The position numbers and the translations under genes were made by a program. A stretch of 64,000 nt of DNA from a virus, in IMG/VR virus record IMGVR_UViG_3300021963_000029, positions 32,001 to 96,000 of that record; one strand, 5' to 3'. Below are positions 62,165 to 64,000 of this stretch, piece after piece. Position 1 is the first letter of the stretch, and each line of letters starts with the position of its first letter. The notes under the pieces were generated by a model. The model searched no databases. It saw only the letters and a list, made by a program, of their open reading frames with translations, and was not told the DNA's origin.

Positions 62165-64000
62165 TATTCTTCTAACCTCTGCTTGAGTTCTTCAATTTCT
62201 TTTCTCATAGTATTTATTACTTCATTCTGTTCTTTCATAGCCTCAATCAGCAGTGCTGTCAGGTTTCCATAAGAAACTGAATATTCATCAACATCTTCTG
62301 CATATCTGACAACTTCAGGTACAACTTGTTCAACTTCTTGTGCAATAACACCCATTTGTGTTTTGTTATAATCTTCATGATCTTCTTCGAGATCATTCCA
62401 AGTAAATGTTACTCCTCTTAAGGAAAGAACTTTGTCTAATGCTTTTTCTATGGTTACTATATTATTTTTTCTTCTTTCATCAGATGCTGCAGTAATTACC
62501 CCAGTAGAATAAATGTTTCCTGAACAATAAATTGCATAAGAAGATGATGTTGAGGATGTATTAACACCCCAAGAGGCGTTTCCATGAGAATAGTATAAAG
62601 CCCATCTACCAGTAGATTCATAATAGAATCCACCATTTGCAGATCCATCAAACATCACATGAGGTGTGTTTCCACCCTCATAAAAATGAATACCTCTCCA
62701 TCCATTTCTAGCTCCTCTAAGTGCAGTTCCTCCATAAGAACTTAAATCATTTGGATGAATATGCCAACCATTAGTGTCTGAATAGAACCCACTGCTATTA
62801 GTATACATCCAAGTATACTTGTAGAGGTAATTACTCCCACCATTAATTTGGAATACTAGAGATGAATGATCATAATCAGTCCAAAATCTATATCCTTGAT
62901 AAGTTGGGTTAGCACCAAAACTAAGTCCAGTATGATTGTTAATGGATACATCTGGAAATGGAGATGACCATGCTCCAGTTTCTTGGAAAATATCATAGGC
63001 ATAGGAACTATTAGAATATCCACTATTACCACCTGCAAATCTATTATTCAGAATAGAATAGGATAATTGAGTGCCATTCCAAGTTAAACCACTAGCACCA
63101 GCAGCAGATCCTCCATTATTGTATAAAATCTGAGTATTAGAACCACCAGTAGGTCCTGGGGCACCTTGTACACCTTGTGCACCTGTTGCTCCTTGTGCAC
63201 CAGATGCTCCTTGTGCGCCAGGAGATCCTGTAGAACCTTGAGCACCTATTGAACCTTGGAATCCTTGTGCACCTTGTGCACCTACAGATCCTTGTCTACC
63301 TTGTGCACCTTGAGCTCCTGGCGCTCCAGCATCTCCCTGTGCCCCTGCACCACCTGTTGCACCAGTGGCACCTTGAACCCCTTGTGCACCTTGGAAACCT
63401 TGTGCTCCTTGAACACCTGAAGCACCTTGAACTCCTTGTGCACCTGTTGCCCCAACACCTGTAGATCCTTGTACTCCTTGAGCACCTTGTACTCCTTGTG
63501 ATCCTGTATTACCTTGAGCACCTTGTGGTCCTGGTGATCCTTGAAATCCTTGTGCACCTTGAGCACCTGCTGATCCAGTTCCTCCAGTTCCTCCAGTAGC
63601 ACCCTGAACACCTTGTGCACCTTGTACACCTTGTGATCCTGTAGTTCCTTGAACTCCCTGAGCTCCTTGGAATCCTTGGAACCCTTGAGATCCTGTAGAT
63701 CCTTGTGGTCCTGCAGATCCTTGGGCACCAGCACTACCTTGAACCCCTTGGAATCCCTGTGATCCTTGAGATCCAGTTGCACCTTGTGCTCCTAAAGCTC
63801 CCTGAAATCCTTGTGATCCAGTAGATCCTTGAACTCCTTGGAATCCTTGTGCTCCTTGTCTTCCTTGGAATCCCTGAGCACCTTGAGCACCTAAAGCCCC
63901 TTGGAATCCTTGTGCACCTTGAACTCCTTGAGCACCTTGAACACCTTGAAATCCAGTAAATCCTGTGGCTCCTTGAACTCCTTGAGCCCCCTGAACACCT
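62164..64000 (-). CDS. Collagen-like long tail fibre with a C-terminal intramolecular chaperone (peptidase S74) domain; start beyond the right edge
   Basis: Read manually without a stop from 62808 to 63180 ([16 protein letters not shown]...YRFW...KYTWMYTN); the collagen repeat is in the same frame at 63999. SDERRK...ALDKV..LRGV.F.W...GVIAQEVE...VSYGNL.ALLIEA.KE. Confidence 0.88.
   Translation of the reverse strand, partial: GVQGAQGVQGATGFTGFQGVQGAQGVQGAQGFQGALGAQGAQGFQGRQGAQGFQGVQGSTGSQGFQGALGAQGATGSQGSQGFQGVQGSAGAQGSAGPQGSTGSQGFQGFQGAQGVQGTTGSQGVQGAQGVQGATGGTGGTGSAGAQGAQGFQGSPGPQGAQGNTGSQGVQGAQGVQGSTGVGATGAQGVQGASGVQGAQGFQGAQGVQGATGATGGAGAQGDAGAPGAQGAQGRQGSVGAQGAQGFQGSIGAQGSTGSPGAQGASGAQGATGAQGVQGAPGPTGGSNTQILYNNGGSAAGASGLTWNGTQLSYSILNNRFAGGNSGYSNSSYAYDIFQETGAWSSPFPDVSINNHTGLSFGANPTYQGYRFWTDYDHSSLVFQINGGSNYLYKYTWMYTNSSGFYSDTNGWHIHPNDLSSYGGTALRGARNGWRGIHFYEGGNTPHVMFDGSANGGFYYESTGRWALYYSHGNASWGVNTSSTSSSYAIYCSGNIYSTGVITAASDERRKNNIVTIEKALDKVLSLRGVTFTWNDLEEDHEDYNKTQMGVIAQEVEQVVPEVVRYAEDVDEYSVSYGNLTALLIEAMKEQNEVINTMRKEIEELKQRLEE
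63150..64000 (-). repeat. Collagen Gly-X-Gln tandem codon repeat (GAQ/GVQ/GFQ/GST)
   Basis: 9-nt periodic ccttgtgca/ccttgagca/ccttgaact units. Confidence 0.9.

Noticed and set aside
62164-62808. Separate 214-aa gene starting at MYTNSS, or a frameshift in the fibre gene
   Set aside because: Manual translation shows the frame stays open upstream into the collagen repeat, so this is the C-terminus of one fibre gene cut by the window edge.
1977-63464. All plus-strand ORFs in the ORF track (for example 3151-3687, 8125-8610, 47688-48236, 56915-57799)
   Set aside because: They are antisense shadows of well-supported minus-strand genes or tRNAs, have no recognisable motifs, and often show composition typical of reverse-complemented coding sequence.
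1-64000. Photosynthesis auxiliary genes (psbA, psbD, hli) and rRNA
   Set aside because: No matching motifs were seen in this window.

Overview
64-kb segment of a T4-like cyanomyovirus genome (Kyanoviridae-like, probably infecting freshwater picocyanobacteria; host is inferred). It is AT-rich, strongly CpG-depleted, and every credible gene lies on the minus strand. Positions 1-35.3 kb hold the late virion module: gp18 (partial), gp17, gp16, gp15, a collagen-like fibre, gp14, gp13, an NblA-like ORF, a DUF4815/VrlC-like protein, gp8, gp7, gp6, gp25 and a glycosyltransferase-like gene, with NATAAATA late promoters. Positions 36.4-37.1 kb are largely non-coding and contain eight DnaA-box-like 9-mers, CACTG iterons and a rightward sigma70 promoter (candidate origin). 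Positions 37.1-58.5 kb are an early/accessory region of many small ORFs driven by about 16 copies of a promoter cassette (TGTGCCA-N10-TGGCACA box 29-30 bp upstream of the -10, with or without a -35). Nine cassettes appear to give leaderless mRNAs, and most have a palindrome over the -10/+1 region. This region also carries 9 tRNAs, a tRNA-like element, ArdA-, HAD-, exonuclease-, RlpA-, KTSC-, AbrB- and RfbB-like genes, and the CobS/VWA pair. A candidate three-hairpin sRNA with its own promoter and terminator lies at about 58.5 kb. The right end is a tail-fibre module: 2OG-Fe(II) oxygenase, chaperone, three paralogous tip-like proteins and a partial collagen fibre with an S74 chaperone domain. 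All calls come from motif recognition by eye; no database searches were run.
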